Made by a program: the position numbers and the translations under genes. From Alphaproteobacteria bacterium (GTDB lineage: Bacteria; Pseudomonadota; Alphaproteobacteria; VGEJ01), in the NCBI GenBank assembly GCA_965226045.1, contig CBDDBU010000020.1, positions 17,039 through 81,038 on the forward strand: DNA of 64,000 nucleotides, in the 5' to 3' direction. Below the pieces are notes generated by a model that was not told the origin of the DNA, did not search any database, and saw nothing but the letters and a program-made list of their open reading frames with translations. Below are positions 52,485-63,354 of the stretch, piece by piece. The first letter of the stretch is position 1. Each line of letters opens with the position of its first letter.

Positions 52485-54356
52485 CTAGCGCTCCTCAAGC
52501 TGCTCGACGCGGCTCCCGAGCGCGGCGTCCTTGTCGGGGTCGATCCACCAGCTGAAGAAGCCGACGCCGTAATTCGGTGCGACCGGCGGCCGGCCGAACC
52601 GGTCCCAGTAGGCGACCCGAAAGGTCCGCGAATGAAACTGCGGCACGACGAAGTGCTGCCACAACAAGACCCGGTCGAGCGCACGGGTCGCGACAACCAA
52701 CGCGGCCCGGTCGGGCGCCGCGACGATCTCGTCGATGAGCGCATCGACGACCGCGCTCTTGACACCGATCAGGTTGCGACCACCGGGGGTGTCGGCCGCC
52801 ACGGAGCCCCAAAAGTCGCGTTGCTCGTTGCCCGGTGAGGCCGACTGCGGAAATGTGGACACGACCACGTCGAAATCGAAGCTGTCGATCCGGTTCTGAT
52901 ACTGGGCGCTGTCCACGGTACGGACCCGGCCAGCGATGCCCAACCGCTCGAGGTTGCGCACGAACGGCTGTACGACGCGCTCGAAATCGGGGCTGACGAG
53001 CAGGAACTCGATCTCCAGCGGCTGACCGTCGGGGCCCATGAGCTGGCCGTCGCGCACCCCCCAGCCGGCCTCCGTCAGCAGCTGCTTGGCCCGGCGCAGG
53101 TTGCGCCGGTCGCTGCCCGAGCCATCGCTCAGCGGCGGCGCGTACATCTCGGTGAACACCTCGGCGGGCAGTTCGGCCCGGAACCGCTCGAGAAGGGCCA
53201 GCTCGGCGCCCGACGGCAAATCCCGCGCCGCCAGCTCGGAGTTCGAGAAGTAGCTCGCCGTGCGGGTGTACTGGCCATAGAACAGCGTCTTGTTGGCCCA
53301 TTCGAAGTCAAAGGCGTAGCCGATGGCTTGGCGCACCCGCCGGTCCTGGAACATCGGCCGGCGGCTGTTGAGGACGAACGCCTGCATCCCGGTCGGTAGC
53401 TGGTGGCGGATCTCTTCCTGCCGGATCAAGCCCTGGCGCAAGCTTGGCGACTCGTAGCCGGTCGCCCAGCGCTTGGCCGAGTTCTCCCGTCTGAAGTCGT
53501 ACTCGTGAGCCTTGAAGGCCTCGAGCTCGACGGCCCGGTCCAGGTAGTAGTCGATCTGGACTCGATCAAAGTTGTTCTGGCCTTTGTTTACCGGCAGTGC
53601 CGCACTCCAATGGTCGGGCACCCGCTGATAGGTAATCGATCGCGGCGCATCGACCGTCGCGACGCGGTAAGGCCCGCTGCCGAGCGGGGGGTCGAGTGTA
53701 GTCTTCTCGAAATCGAGGCTCTGGTAGTAGGCCTTCGGTAGTATCGTGAGTTGGCCGACAATGTGCGGCAGTTCGCGATTGAGCTCACCTGAGAAGACGA
53801 ACTTGACCCGGCGCGGCCCCTCGGCCACGGCAGACTCCACGTTCGCGTAGTAGGCGCGGTAGAAAGGATGGCCCTTGGTCGTCAGCGTCTCGAAGCTAAA
53901 CACCACGTCCTCGGAGGTGATCGGGGCGCCGTCGTGCCAGCGCGCCTCCGGCCGCAAGTTGAAGGCCACCCACGAATAATCGTCGGGGAACTCGATGGTC
54001 TCGGCGATCAGGCCGTACATCGTCGACTGCTCGTCCTCGGGCTGTTTCATCAGTGTCTCGAACACCAGACCGATGAAGGCTGCGGGCGTGCCCTTGAGGA
54101 TGAACGGGTTGAGCGAATCGAAGCTGCCGACGGCGGACTGGCGCACCTCCCCCCCCTTGGGCGCGTCCGGGTTCACATATTCGAAATGGGTGAATTCGGG
54201 CCCGTATTTGAGAGTGCCTTGCAGCGACGTGCCATGGCTGACGGTCACCTCCGCCGCCAGCGCGGCCGGCGCCACGAGCGCCAAGCCCGCCACGAGCGCC
54301 AAGCCCGCCCAGGGGGCGGCGACGGCCGCTATTCGGTTGCGCATGTCCCCTCCCAC
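52485..54356 (-). CDS. yejA: peptide ABC transporter substrate-binding protein (YejA-like, copy 1)
   Basis: YVNPDAPKGG, FDSLNPFI, SPGNEQRDFWGS. Confidence 0.88.
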   Translation of the reverse strand: MGGDMRNRIAAVAAPWAGLALVAGLALVAPAALAAEVTVSHGTSLQGTLKYGPEFTHFEYVNPDAPKGGEVRQSAVGSFDSLNPFILKGTPAAFIGLVFETLMKQPEDEQSTMYGLIAETIEFPDDYSWVAFNLRPEARWHDGAPITSEDVVFSFETLTTKGHPFYRAYYANVESAVAEGPRRVKFVFSGELNRELPHIVGQLTILPKAYYQSLDFEKTTLDPPLGSGPYRVATVDAPRSITYQRVPDHWSAALPVNKGQNNFDRVQIDYYLDRAVELEAFKAHEYDFRRENSAKRWATGYESPSLRQGLIRQEEIRHQLPTGMQAFVLNSRRPMFQDRRVRQAIGYAFDFEWANKTLFYGQYTRTASYFSNSELAARDLPSGAELALLERFRAELPAEVFTEMYAPPLSDGSGSDRRNLRRAKQLLTEAGWGVRDGQLMGPDGQPLEIEFLLVSPDFERVVQPFVRNLERLGIAGRVRTVDSAQYQNRIDSFDFDVVVSTFPQSASPGNEQRDFWGSVAADTPGGRNLIGVKSAVVDALIDEIVAAPDRAALVVATRALDRVLLWQHFVVPQFHSRTFRVAYWDRFGRPPVAPNYGVGFFSWWIDPDKDAALGSRVEQLEER

Positions 54357-54405
54357 AGCCGTCGCAACAATAAGCGATCCTGACCCAACCGCCCAGCCGC
54401 CACCC

Positions 54406-55209
54406 TCAAGCGCTCAGAAGGGCGAGGGCCGCGCGATGCAATGCCGGATCGCCGGCCGCGAGCAAGGTGCCGTCACTGGTCAGGTCCAGCGGCCGGCCGC
54501 GCCAATCAGTGATGATGCCGCCGGCCGCCTCAACCACCGCGATCAGTGCCATATAGTCGTACACTTTGAGGCCGCGCTCGATCACCAGATCGACGAGGCC
54601 GCATGCTAAGAGGCCCGTCGCGTAGCAATCGACGCCGTATCGGGTTAGCCCGACGGCATCGCGTAAACGCTCGAAGCCACGCGCGCCGCGCAAGTGCTCT
54701 GGCCCGGTCGTGTAGAGGACGGCATCGGCGAGCGCGGCGCCGATGCGCACGCGGGCCGGGGCGCCGTCGAGGCGGCACGGGTGCCCGGTCGCTCCGATCC
54801 AGCGCTCGCCGCTGATCGGCTGGTCGATCACGCCAAGAATGGCCTGGCCCTCGTGCGCCAGAGCGATCAGGGTGCCGAACACCGGCAAGCCGGTGATAAA
54901 CGCCTTGGTGCCATCGATCGGATCGATGACCCACACATGCTCCGCGTCGGCCTTCACGGCCTCAAACTCCTCGCCGATGATGCCGTGGTCGGGCTGCGCA
55001 GTGGCGATCAGCTGGCGGATTGCGCGCTCCGCGTCGCGATCGGCCATCGTCACCGGGCTGCGGTCAGCCTTGCGTTCGATCGTCAGGGGGGCCCGAAAAT
55101 GCGGGCGGATCACCGCCCCGGCGGCGTCCGCGAGGCGGTGCGCCAGGGCGATGAAACGGTCGGGGCAATGAAGTGGTCGGGGCAGGCCGGCGCCACGGCG
55201 CCGGTCCAT
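54406..55209 (-). CDS. hisN: histidinol-phosphatase (inositol monophosphatase family)
   Basis: SPVTMADR, GEE, DPIDGTKAF, FGTLIAL. Confidence 0.8.
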   Translation of the reverse strand: MDRRRGAGLPRPLHCPDRFIALAHRLADAAGAVIRPHFRAPLTIERKADRSPVTMADRDAERAIRQLIATAQPDHGIIGEEFEAVKADAEHVWVIDPIDGTKAFITGLPVFGTLIALAHEGQAILGVIDQPISGERWIGATGHPCRLDGAPARVRIGAALADAVLYTTGPEHLRGARGFERLRDAVGLTRYGVDCYATGLLACGLVDLVIERGLKVYDYMALIAVVEAAGGIITDWRGRPLDLTSDGTLLAAGDPALHRAALALLSA

Positions 55210-55211
55210 GC

Positions 55212-55748
55212 CTATTCCACCGCCGGCAGCGGTGGCGGCGATTCGGTCTGGGCGGTTAGGAACGCGATCAGGTTAGCGCGATCTGCGGGGTCGGATACGC
55301 CCTTGAAGGTCATCTTGGTGCCCTTCATCGCTTGCTTGGGATTGGCGATGAAGGCGTCGAGTTCCGCGTACCCCCACGCGCCGCCCGCCTCGGCCAGCAC
55401 CGACGAGTACTTGAACACGGCGCTGGCGGCGCGGGCGCGTCCAACGATATTGCTGAGGTTCGGGCCGACCTTGTCCTTGCCCCCGACCTCGATCGTGTGG
55501 CACGTCTTACATTTCTTGAACATCTTCTCGCCGCCCGCCGCGTCGGCCTCGGCCAGCCGCACGGGCAACGGCTTCACCTCGACTGCGGCGGCCTCATGAG
55601 TCGCCTCCTCCGCGACCTCGACCACATAAACGCTCTGCGTCAGATGCATCGGACTGACCAGAGAATCGGCGACAATGTTGATAGCGAACAACACGAGCAG
55701 CGTGAACAACAGACCGGCCGCGTATTTGTTGAACTCGAAAGTTTCCAT
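55212..55748 (-). CDS. membrane-anchored cytochrome c (cM/cy-like)
   Basis: METFEFNK anchor, CKTCH, GPNL, GTKM. Confidence 0.92.
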   Translation of the reverse strand: METFEFNKYAAGLLFTLLVLFAINIVADSLVSPMHLTQSVYVVEVAEEATHEAAAVEVKPLPVRLAEADAAGGEKMFKKCKTCHTIEVGGKDKVGPNLSNIVGRARAASAVFKYSSVLAEAGGAWGYAELDAFIANPKQAMKGTKMTFKGVSDPADRANLIAFLTAQTESPPPLPAVE

Positions 55749-55880
55749 GCTCAATGACCCTTGACGCGGCGCGGGAACGCTTGACACGGTGCTGGGCTCG
55801 CAGTGGCGGCGGGCGGAGATTAACGGCTACCCTGGCGGCGACGCAACCCGCATGAAGGTGCGCCTACCTACGATGATCCC

Positions 55881-56615
55881 ATGAACGATGTCACCACGAT
55901 CGTCGTTATTCCGGCTCGCATGGCCTCGACCCGGCTGCCGGGCAAGCCGCTCGCCGAGATCGGCGGCGTGCCGATGATCGTACATGTGTGGCGTCGCGCC
56001 GTGGCGGCGCACGTCGGTCCGGTGTGGGTGGCCTGTGCCGAGCTCGAAATAGCCGCTGCGGTAGAGCGCGCGGGCGGCGAGGCCGTCATGACCGGCGATC
56101 ATCATGCGAGCGGCTCCGACCGGGTGCGGGAGGCCGTCCATCGCATCGGCGTGGCGGCCGATGTCGTGATCAACCTGCAAGGCGATTGTCCCTCGATCGA
56201 GCCCGAGGCGCTGCGTTCAGTGTTGTTGCCGCTCGACAACGACGAGGTCGATATCGCGACTCTGGTTGCCGAGACCTACAGCGTCGAGGCGCGGACCGAT
56301 CCTAATATCGTCAAGGCGGTACTGTCGCTGAGCCCGGATGGCCGCACCGGTCGTGCGCTCTACTTCTCGCGCGCGGCGGTGCCAAGCGGTGAGGGACCGC
56401 TCTATCACCACGGTGGGATCTACGCCTTCCGCCGCGCCGCGCTCGACCGATTCGTCAGCCTGCCGCCGAGCCGGCTGGAACGGCGCGAGAACCTTGAGCA
56501 ACTGCGCGCCCTCGAAGCGGGATTGCGCATTGACACCGCGCTCGTTGACTCGATTCCGCCCGGTGTCGATACTCCCGCCGACCTGGAGCGCATGCGCCGC
56601 CACCTGGCTCCCTAG
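55881..56615 (+). CDS. kdsB: 3-deoxy-manno-octulosonate cytidylyltransferase
   Basis: IPARMASTRLPGKPL, NLQGD, LEQLRALE. Confidence 0.95.
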   Translation: MNDVTTIVVIPARMASTRLPGKPLAEIGGVPMIVHVWRRAVAAHVGPVWVACAELEIAAAVERAGGEAVMTGDHHASGSDRVREAVHRIGVAADVVINLQGDCPSIEPEALRSVLLPLDNDEVDIATLVAETYSVEARTDPNIVKAVLSLSPDGRTGRALYFSRAAVPSGEGPLYHHGGIYAFRRAALDRFVSLPPSRLERRENLEQLRALEAGLRIDTALVDSIPPGVDTPADLERMRRHLAP

Positions 56616-56633
56616 CCCTTTCCGCGCCCAAAA

Positions 56634-57485
56634 ATGCCCACAACAACCCGCCCGCTGATCGCCTTTCAGGGCGCCCCCGGCGCTTACTCGGATCTCGCCT
56701 GTCGCGAGGCCTGCCCCGATATGGAGCCCGTGCCGATCGACAACTTCGAGGACACCTTCGCGGCAGTCGCCAGCGGCTCGGCCGAACTCGCGATGATTCC
56801 GGTGGAGAACTCGCTCGCCGGTCGCGTGGCCGATATCCATCACCTGCTGCCGGAATCGGGCCTGTTCATCGTGCGCGAGCACTTCCAGCGCGTGAACCAC
56901 CAGCTCGTCGCGCCCAAAGGAGCGACGCTGGAGGGCCTGCGCGAGGTCCACAGCCACGTCCAAGCGCTCTCGCAATGTCGCGCGTTCGTCCGCGCCCATG
57001 GTCTGGCCGCCAGCGTTCACGCCGACACCGCCGGCGCCGCCCGCGACGTCGCCCAGGCCGGCGATCCGAGCCGCGCGGCCATCGCCTCAGGTCTGGCCGC
57101 CCAGATCTACGGCTTGGACGTGCTGGCCACCGATATCGAGGACGCCACGCACAACACCACGCGGTTCCTCTTGATGGCGCGCGAGGCGGCCAGTGAGCCG
57201 GTCGATCAGCGCCGCGTGATGACGACCTTCGTCTTCCGCGTTCGCAACGTGCCCGCCGCGCTCTACAAGGCGCTCGGCGGTTTCGCTACCAACGGCGTGA
57301 ACATGGTAAAACTCGAGAGCTACATGGTCGGCGGGAGCTTCAGCGCGACCCAGTTCTACAGCGATATCGAGGGCCACCCCGACCAGCCCCCCGTGCAACG
57401 CGCCCTGGAAGAGCTCGGGTTCTTCACCGCCTACCTGAAGATCCTCGGCGTCTACCCGGCCCACCCCTTCCGAGGCCTGGGCTAG
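56634..57485 (+). CDS. pheA: prephenate dehydratase
   Basis: FQGAPGAYS, PVENS, NTTRF, ACT domain with KLES. Confidence 0.95.
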   Translation: MPTTTRPLIAFQGAPGAYSDLACREACPDMEPVPIDNFEDTFAAVASGSAELAMIPVENSLAGRVADIHHLLPESGLFIVREHFQRVNHQLVAPKGATLEGLREVHSHVQALSQCRAFVRAHGLAASVHADTAGAARDVAQAGDPSRAAIASGLAAQIYGLDVLATDIEDATHNTTRFLLMAREAASEPVDQRRVMTTFVFRVRNVPAALYKALGGFATNGVNMVKLESYMVGGSFSATQFYSDIEGHPDQPPVQRALEELGFFTAYLKILGVYPAHPFRGLG

Positions 57486-57491
57486 GCCCCC

Positions 57492-58505
57492 TTACGCCGT
57501 ACCCCGTCGCGGAACAAGATTGCGGTGGGGAGCATCCGTCTGAACGTTGCCAGCCCACCAGTGCGCCAGTTGATGCGCGATGGCAAAGGGGGGCGGCATG
57601 CGGAAGCGGGTCTCGCCCTCCCATGCGCCGGCCCGACTCAGACCCTCGTGAACCTGCGCGCGCGAGAACCAGCGCGCGTGTTCCAGTTCGTGGGTGTCGA
57701 GCGTTATGCGCCGGCCCGCGGCCTTGGCGATACAGCCGATCATCAGCGAGGCGGGGAACGGCCACGGCTGCGACGAGTGGTAGAGCACTTCGCCGACCTC
57801 GATTCCCGCCTCCTCCATCACCTCGCGGCGGACCGCTTCTTCGATCGTCTCGCCGGGCTCGAGGAAACCAGCCAGCGCCGAATAGACGCCTTCGGGGAAA
57901 TGCGCCTGGCGGCCCAGCAGGCAATCGTCGCCGTCGCACACCAGCATGATGACGACGGGATCGGTGCGGGGAAAGTGTTCGGCGGCACACGACGGGCAGC
58001 GCCGCACGTAGCCGCCGTCGGCCGCCTCGGTGCGGGCGCCGCAGACCGCGCAAAAGCCGTGCCGCAGGTGCCAATCGACGAGCGAACGTGCCTGGGCCAA
58101 GGTGCCCGCCTCGCCCGCCGCCAGTTGAGGCGCGATGCCCCGTGCATCCGCGAACTGACCGAGGCCGACCAGCGGGCCCGCGCCCTCGGGCTCGGCCCCC
58201 TCGGAGAAATCCGCGGCGAAATAGGCGCAACCGTCGCGCACCCCTAGCATCACGAGCGTGCCATCGGTGGCCACATCGGCCAGCGCCACCAGCGATTGCC
58301 ATGCGAGCCGGGGGCTCGCGTCAGCGGTCACCAGCGGCTTGAGCTGCCACAAAGGAAGGATACGGCTTGAGTCGGCGCGATACGCCTTGGCGACCCAATC
58401 GCCGTCCTTGCGCAGATTCGACGCTCGATCCAACGGGTTGCCGGCGAACACGTAGGGATCGGGGCCAAAGGTGCGCGGCGAGGAACGGTCGGAGGGGCGC
58501 ATCAT
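57492..58505 (-). CDS. nudC: NAD(+) diphosphatase
   Basis: FCAVCG/CPSC Zn finger, FPRTDP, Nudix box, SQPWPFP. Confidence 0.95.
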   Translation of the reverse strand: MMRPSDRSSPRTFGPDPYVFAGNPLDRASNLRKDGDWVAKAYRADSSRILPLWQLKPLVTADASPRLAWQSLVALADVATDGTLVMLGVRDGCAYFAADFSEGAEPEGAGPLVGLGQFADARGIAPQLAAGEAGTLAQARSLVDWHLRHGFCAVCGARTEAADGGYVRRCPSCAAEHFPRTDPVVIMLVCDGDDCLLGRQAHFPEGVYSALAGFLEPGETIEEAVRREVMEEAGIEVGEVLYHSSQPWPFPASLMIGCIAKAAGRRITLDTHELEHARWFSRAQVHEGLSRAGAWEGETRFRMPPPFAIAHQLAHWWAGNVQTDAPHRNLVPRRGTA

Positions 58506-58616
58506 AATGTACCAATTCGATCGCGGCCGAGCCTGACATAGTGTCCCGGCCCCGACAATGCCGGTCGGCGCCGTCGCCCTTGGCTTCGTGCCGGCGATTC
58601 CTGATATAGTGTGTGC

Positions 58617-58714
58617 GGGAGGTTGGCGGCGGACGGGCTGCTCGCCAACCCGGTCAGATCCGGAAGGAAGCAGCCGTAACGAGTTTGGTTCGGGTCGCCC
58701 AACCAGCCTCCCAC
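58617..58714 (+). ncRNA. ffs: signal recognition particle 4.5S RNA
   Basis: TCAGATCCGGAAGGAAGCAGC domain IV; GGGAGG/CCTCCC terminal stem; upstream of dnaX. Confidence 0.95.
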
Positions 58715-58777
58715 CCACTACCGCGCCACATCCTACCCACTCTCATCAATGAGCACGCCCAGCGCCCCTCGCAGACG

Positions 58778-60472
58778 ATGACGGACGCAAACCCCAGCTA
58801 TCGCGTTCTCGCCCGCAAGTACCGGCCGACCGACTTCGACCAGTTGATCGGCCAGGAAGCGATGGTGCGCACGCTCCACAATGCGCTCGAGGCCGGCCGT
58901 CTGGCCCACGCGTTTATCCTCACCGGCGTGCGCGGTATCGGCAAGACGACGACCGCCCGTATCATCGCCCGCGCGCTCAATTGCGTTGGCGCGGATGGTC
59001 ACGGCGAGCCGACCATGCGGCCGTGCGGCGTCTGTGAGCATTGCCGAGCCATCGCCGAGGATCGCGACGTCGATGTGCTGGAGATCGACGCCGCCAGCCA
59101 CACCGGCGTTGACCGTATGCGTATGCGCGAGCTCACCGATTCAGTCCGCTACGCGCCGGTGTTGGCTCGGTTCAAGGTCTACATCATCGACGAAGTACAC
59201 ATGCTGTCGCCGCCGGCGTTCGCCGCCCTGCTCAAGACCCTCGAAGAACCGCCACCGCACGTGATTTTCATCCTCGCCACCACGGAAATCCGCAAGGTGC
59301 CGGTCACGGTGCTCTCGCGTTGTCAGCGTTTCGACCTGCGCCGCGTTTCCGTCGAACGCCTTGCCGGGCACCTGTCGGCTATCGCGGCCAAAGAGGATGC
59401 GACGATCGATCCGGCCGCCGTCGCGCTCATCGCGCGCGCGGCTGAGGGCTCGGTGCGCGACGGCTTGTCGCTGCTCGACCAGGCCATCGCCTATGGCGAC
59501 GCCGGCGGCGAGGCTGAAATCCGGCGCATGATCGGGCTCGCCGATCGTACCCGCATTCTCGATCTGCTCGACAGCGTGTTCGGCGGCGACATCGCTCAGG
59601 CCCTGGCAATCCTGGGGGAGCAATACGAAACCGGCGCCGATCCCATTGTCATTCTCCAGGACCTGCTTGAACTGACCCATTGGCTGACCCGCCTCAAGGT
59701 CGTCGCTGAGGTCGGCGATGATGTGGGCGTCGCCGAGAGCGAACGGGCGCGCGGTCGCGTCATGGCCGACAAGTTGAGCATGGCGGCGCTGGCACGCGCC
59801 TGGCAGATGCTGCTCAAGGGGCTGGCCGAGACCCAAACGGCGCCCCACCCGTTGGCCGCGGCCGAGATGGTGTTGATCCGGCTCTGCCATGTGGCCGATC
59901 TGCCGACGCCGGCGGACTTGGTCACGCGACTCGCGGACGGGGGCGCGCCGCCCGCCGCGACTCCGTCGTCGCCAGCCCCCGACGCATCGCCCCCGACCAA
60001 CACACCGCCCGCTGCGGCGACCGCGCCCGTGACCACCAAGGCACACCCGCGATCGTTCGTCGCGGTCGCCGAACTCGCGGCCGAGCACGGCGAAATGCGA
60101 CTCTACGCCAGCCTCAAGAACGATGTGCGGCCGGTCAGTTTCGCGCCAGGCCAGATCGAAATTCACCCCGAACCGACAGCGCCGCAGAACCTCCCGCGCC
60201 AGTTGCGCGAGTGCCTGGAGCGCTGGACCGGCCAGCCTTGGGAGGTCGTGGTGTCGGACGCCGCCGGCGCGCCCACCTTGACGCGGCAGGACGAGATCGT
60301 GGTCGAGGAGCGGCGCGCCGGAGCCGCCCAGCATCCGAGCGTACAAGCGGTCATGGCGGCGTTTCCCGGGGCCGAGATTGTCGATGTCCATGACATCGCC
60401 CCCGTGAGGCCTGACGCTGACCACGACGCTGGCCATGACGCCGCGCTCGACAACGGAGAGGAATTAGCATGA
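58778..60472 (+). CDS. dnaX: DNA polymerase III gamma/tau
   Basis: LARKYRP, GVRGIGKTT, DEVHML, SRCQ. Confidence 0.96.
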   Translation: MTDANPSYRVLARKYRPTDFDQLIGQEAMVRTLHNALEAGRLAHAFILTGVRGIGKTTTARIIARALNCVGADGHGEPTMRPCGVCEHCRAIAEDRDVDVLEIDAASHTGVDRMRMRELTDSVRYAPVLARFKVYIIDEVHMLSPPAFAALLKTLEEPPPHVIFILATTEIRKVPVTVLSRCQRFDLRRVSVERLAGHLSAIAAKEDATIDPAAVALIARAAEGSVRDGLSLLDQAIAYGDAGGEAEIRRMIGLADRTRILDLLDSVFGGDIAQALAILGEQYETGADPIVILQDLLELTHWLTRLKVVAEVGDDVGVAESERARGRVMADKLSMAALARAWQMLLKGLAETQTAPHPLAAAEMVLIRLCHVADLPTPADLVTRLADGGAPPAATPSSPAPDASPPTNTPPAAATAPVTTKAHPRSFVAVAELAAEHGEMRLYASLKNDVRPVSFAPGQIEIHPEPTAPQNLPRQLRECLERWTGQPWEVVVSDAAGAPTLTRQDEIVVEERRAGAAQHPSVQAVMAAFPGAEIVDVHDIAPVRPDADHDAGHDAALDNGEELA

Positions 60473-60792
60473 AGAACCTGGGCCAGATGCTGAAACAGGC
60501 ACAAGAGATGCAAACCAAGTTGGCCACCGCCCAAGAGCAGCTCGAGGGGATCGAGATCGACGGGGCGGCCGGTGGCGGAATGGTCAAGGTGACGCTGTCG
60601 GGCAAGGGCAAAATGCGCCGGGTGCGGATCGACCCAAGCCTCGTGCAAGCCGGCGACACCGAGGTCATCGAGGACTTGATCGTCGCCGCCGACAACGATG
60701 CGCGCACCAAGGTCGAGGCGCGGGCCGCCGAGGAGATGAGCAAGGTTACCGGCGGCTTGAACCTGCCCGCCGGCCTCAAGTTGCCGTTCTGA
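60469..60792 (+). CDS. ybaB: YbaB/EbfC nucleoid-associated protein
   Basis: KQAQEMQ, GGGMVKV, EDLIVAA; synteny. Confidence 0.93.
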   Translation: MKNLGQMLKQAQEMQTKLATAQEQLEGIEIDGAAGGGMVKVTLSGKGKMRRVRIDPSLVQAGDTEVIEDLIVAADNDARTKVEARAAEEMSKVTGGLNLPAGLKLPF

Positions 60793-60826
60793 GCGTCCCT
60801 CGCAACGGCCGACCGCGCGCCGCGCC

Positions 60827-61420
60827 ATGACGGGATCCGAGATCGACCGGGTCATCAAGCTGCTGGCGAAGCTGCCGGGTTTCGGTCGGCGGTCGGCGCG
60901 CCGCGCCGCGCTGCACTTGATCGAACGCAAGGCCGTGCTGTTGCTGCCCCTCGCCGATGCCCTGGCCACGGCCGCAGAACGGGTGCGCCGCTGTTCGATC
61001 TGCGGCAACCTCGACACGGTCGAGCCGTGCGGCCTGTGCGCCGATCCGCGCCGTGACCGATCGACGCTGTGTGTGGTGGAGGAGGTCGCCGATTTGTGGG
61101 CGCTCGATCGCTCGGGCAACTACCGCGGCCTCTATCACGTCCTCGGCGGCACGCTGTCGGCCCTCGACGGTGTCGGCCCCGAGGATCTGAACATCGCGCG
61201 CCTGGTCGAGCGCGCCCGGGCCGATGACTGCCGCGAGGTGATTCTCGCCACCAGCGCCACGGTCGATGGGCAAACCACCGCCCACTACATCGTCGACCGC
61301 CTGGCCGACCTCGCCGTCACCGTCACGCGGCTCGCCCACGGCGTCCCGGTCGGCGGCGAACTCGACTACCTCGACGACGGCACCCTCATCGCCGCCCTCA
61401 ACGCCCGCCGCCCGGTCTAA
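60827..61420 (+). CDS. recR: recombination mediator RecR
   Basis: [12 protein letters not shown]4 finger, [13 protein letters not shown]. Confidence 0.96.
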   Translation: MTGSEIDRVIKLLAKLPGFGRRSARRAALHLIERKAVLLLPLADALATAAERVRRCSICGNLDTVEPCGLCADPRRDRSTLCVVEEVADLWALDRSGNYRGLYHVLGGTLSALDGVGPEDLNIARLVERARADDCREVILATSATVDGQTTAHYIVDRLADLAVTVTRLAHGVPVGGELDYLDDGTLIAALNARRPV

Positions 61421-62225
61421 CCGCCGCTTGTCGGGACTCGGCCCCCTCCCCCTTGGGACGCGTCGTGACCAACCGCGCCGCTACAAAAGTCGTGTCCGGA
61501 ATGACGGCGTTCAGTGCGTACGAGACCCAATCGGCGACGCTGACAAGGCTGCAGAATGTCGCCGCGGACCCAGCTTGGTTCGAAACCACCGCGCGCGACC
61601 CGCGCCCCGCGCATAAGGCGACAGTGTCACGGGCGTACGACGGATGTGCCACCGACCGAACGCACGGCTCGACCATAGATGGCACCGGCAATCATCTTTT
61701 CCGCTCGCCGCTGGATTGCGTCACCATAGCGGTTGGCCCTCTTGATCCACAGGAAATATCCGTAATACACAGGAAGGATACAGCGGAAATAATCAAGGCT
61801 CACACCGGCGGCCTCCGCCAACGCCCTCACCGTGCGTTGCTCTGGACCGTCGACGTTTAGAATATTGAGGAAACGAACGGGATCATGATTGATAAGGGAT
61901 CCTGCGAACAGTGCCACGTCCAACCCAGGTAAGCTTGCACGGCCGTGCTGACGGTAACCGCCTGGAGCGATCGAACCGACTGGCGTCTACCAGAAAGAGA
62001 TTAGCGGTGTTCGACGCGAGATCGTACCACCTGAGATCAGCCCAGTAGAGCCACGCGACTCCCGGCGAAGTGCAAGTTCGCGCGAAGCGGGCGCCGGTGC
62101 GGCGCGCGCTCCAAGATCGATGTGGTAGACAGCTCGCTGCTCGACCGGTTTGTCGCGCGCGCCAGCTCCACCTCTCGGATCTTTGTCACGCCAAAAGAGA
62201 TCAGGAGATTCACGTCGTCAGCGGC

Positions 62226-63206
62226 CTAATCGGCGCCCCCAACAAGGCGGCAGAAACCCGCCGTGTCGATGTTGGTCCCGCAGACGATGACGGCGACCCG
62301 CTTGCCGCGCAGGCGCTCGCGCAGCGGGCCGATCAGCGCCGCCGTCGCCGCCGCCCCGGCCGGCTCCACGCCGAGCTTCATCTCGCGAAACAGCAGCGCC
62401 ATGGCCCGGCGCATCGCCTGATCGTCGATCATCACCAGCTCATCGACGTGGCGGCGGCAGAGCTCGAAGCTGTAGGGCGCGGCATAGGGCGCGCCGAGGC
62501 TGTCGGCGATCGTCTGGACGGCGTCGATGGCCTGCGGCGCGCCGGCCGCGAAGCTGCGGTGCATGGTGTCGGCGCCCTCGGGCTCGACGCCGAACACCAG
62601 GCCGTTCGGTTGCATCAATTTGACAGCGCGCGCGATGCCCGCGCACAAGCCGCCGCCGCCGATCGGCACGATGACGGCATCGAGGTCCGCGACCTGGCGG
62701 CACAGCTCGAGCCCGAGCGTAGCTTGGCCGAGCACCGTGAGCCGCCCCTCGAACGGGTGGACGAACGCCCGCCCCTCGTCGTGCTCGATCCGCTTGACCG
62801 TCTCGAACGCGGTGTGCACGTCCGCGACCTGGACGATCTCGGCGCCGTAGCGCCGGCAGAGATCGACCCGCAGCGGATTGGCCGCCGCCATCATCACCAC
62901 CTTGGCGCTGGCGCCGAGGATCTTGGCCGCATAGGCCGTGGCGATAGCATGGTTGCCGGCGCTCACCGCCGTGACTCCGCGCGCAAGAGCCGCTGGCGAG
63001 AGGTTCAGCATGTTGGTCAGCGCGCCGCGCGGCTTGAAGGTGCCGGTGTGTTGCAACAGCTCGAGTTTGAGAACGACCTCCGTACCCGCGCCGAGCGCGT
63101 CCTCGATCTCCAGCCCGTGCCAGCGATGAACGGGCGTCTCGATCACCCGATCGCCGAGTGCTGAACGGGCCGCCTCGATGTCCGCAAGATCGAACGAATC
63201 TTCCAT
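62226..63206 (-). CDS. PLP-dependent threonine/serine dehydratase-family protein
   Basis: TGTFKPRG, SAGNHA, GGGGL, EPAGA. Confidence 0.9.
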   Translation of the reverse strand: MEDSFDLADIEAARSALGDRVIETPVHRWHGLEIEDALGAGTEVVLKLELLQHTGTFKPRGALTNMLNLSPAALARGVTAVSAGNHAIATAYAAKILGASAKVVMMAAANPLRVDLCRRYGAEIVQVADVHTAFETVKRIEHDEGRAFVHPFEGRLTVLGQATLGLELCRQVADLDAVIVPIGGGGLCAGIARAVKLMQPNGLVFGVEPEGADTMHRSFAAGAPQAIDAVQTIADSLGAPYAAPYSFELCRRHVDELVMIDDQAMRRAMALLFREMKLGVEPAGAAATAALIGPLRERLRGKRVAVIVCGTNIDTAGFCRLVGGAD

Positions 63207-63354
63207 GCCGCCTGCCTCCCGTTCGGGCGACGTAAACCTAGCCGCTGCGGGCCGCGCCAGACAAGGCTCGGTCCCTGGAGCTTCGCCCTTGCCGCCCGGG
63301 CGCGGGCGCGCCTAAGATCAAGTGACGCCGATTGCCGAGCCAGGGGAAAATGAC

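Noticed and set aside
54269-54309. 18-bp tandem repeat at the 5' end of yejA
   Set aside because: In-frame duplication (AGLALV twice) within the signal peptide; ordinary slippage.
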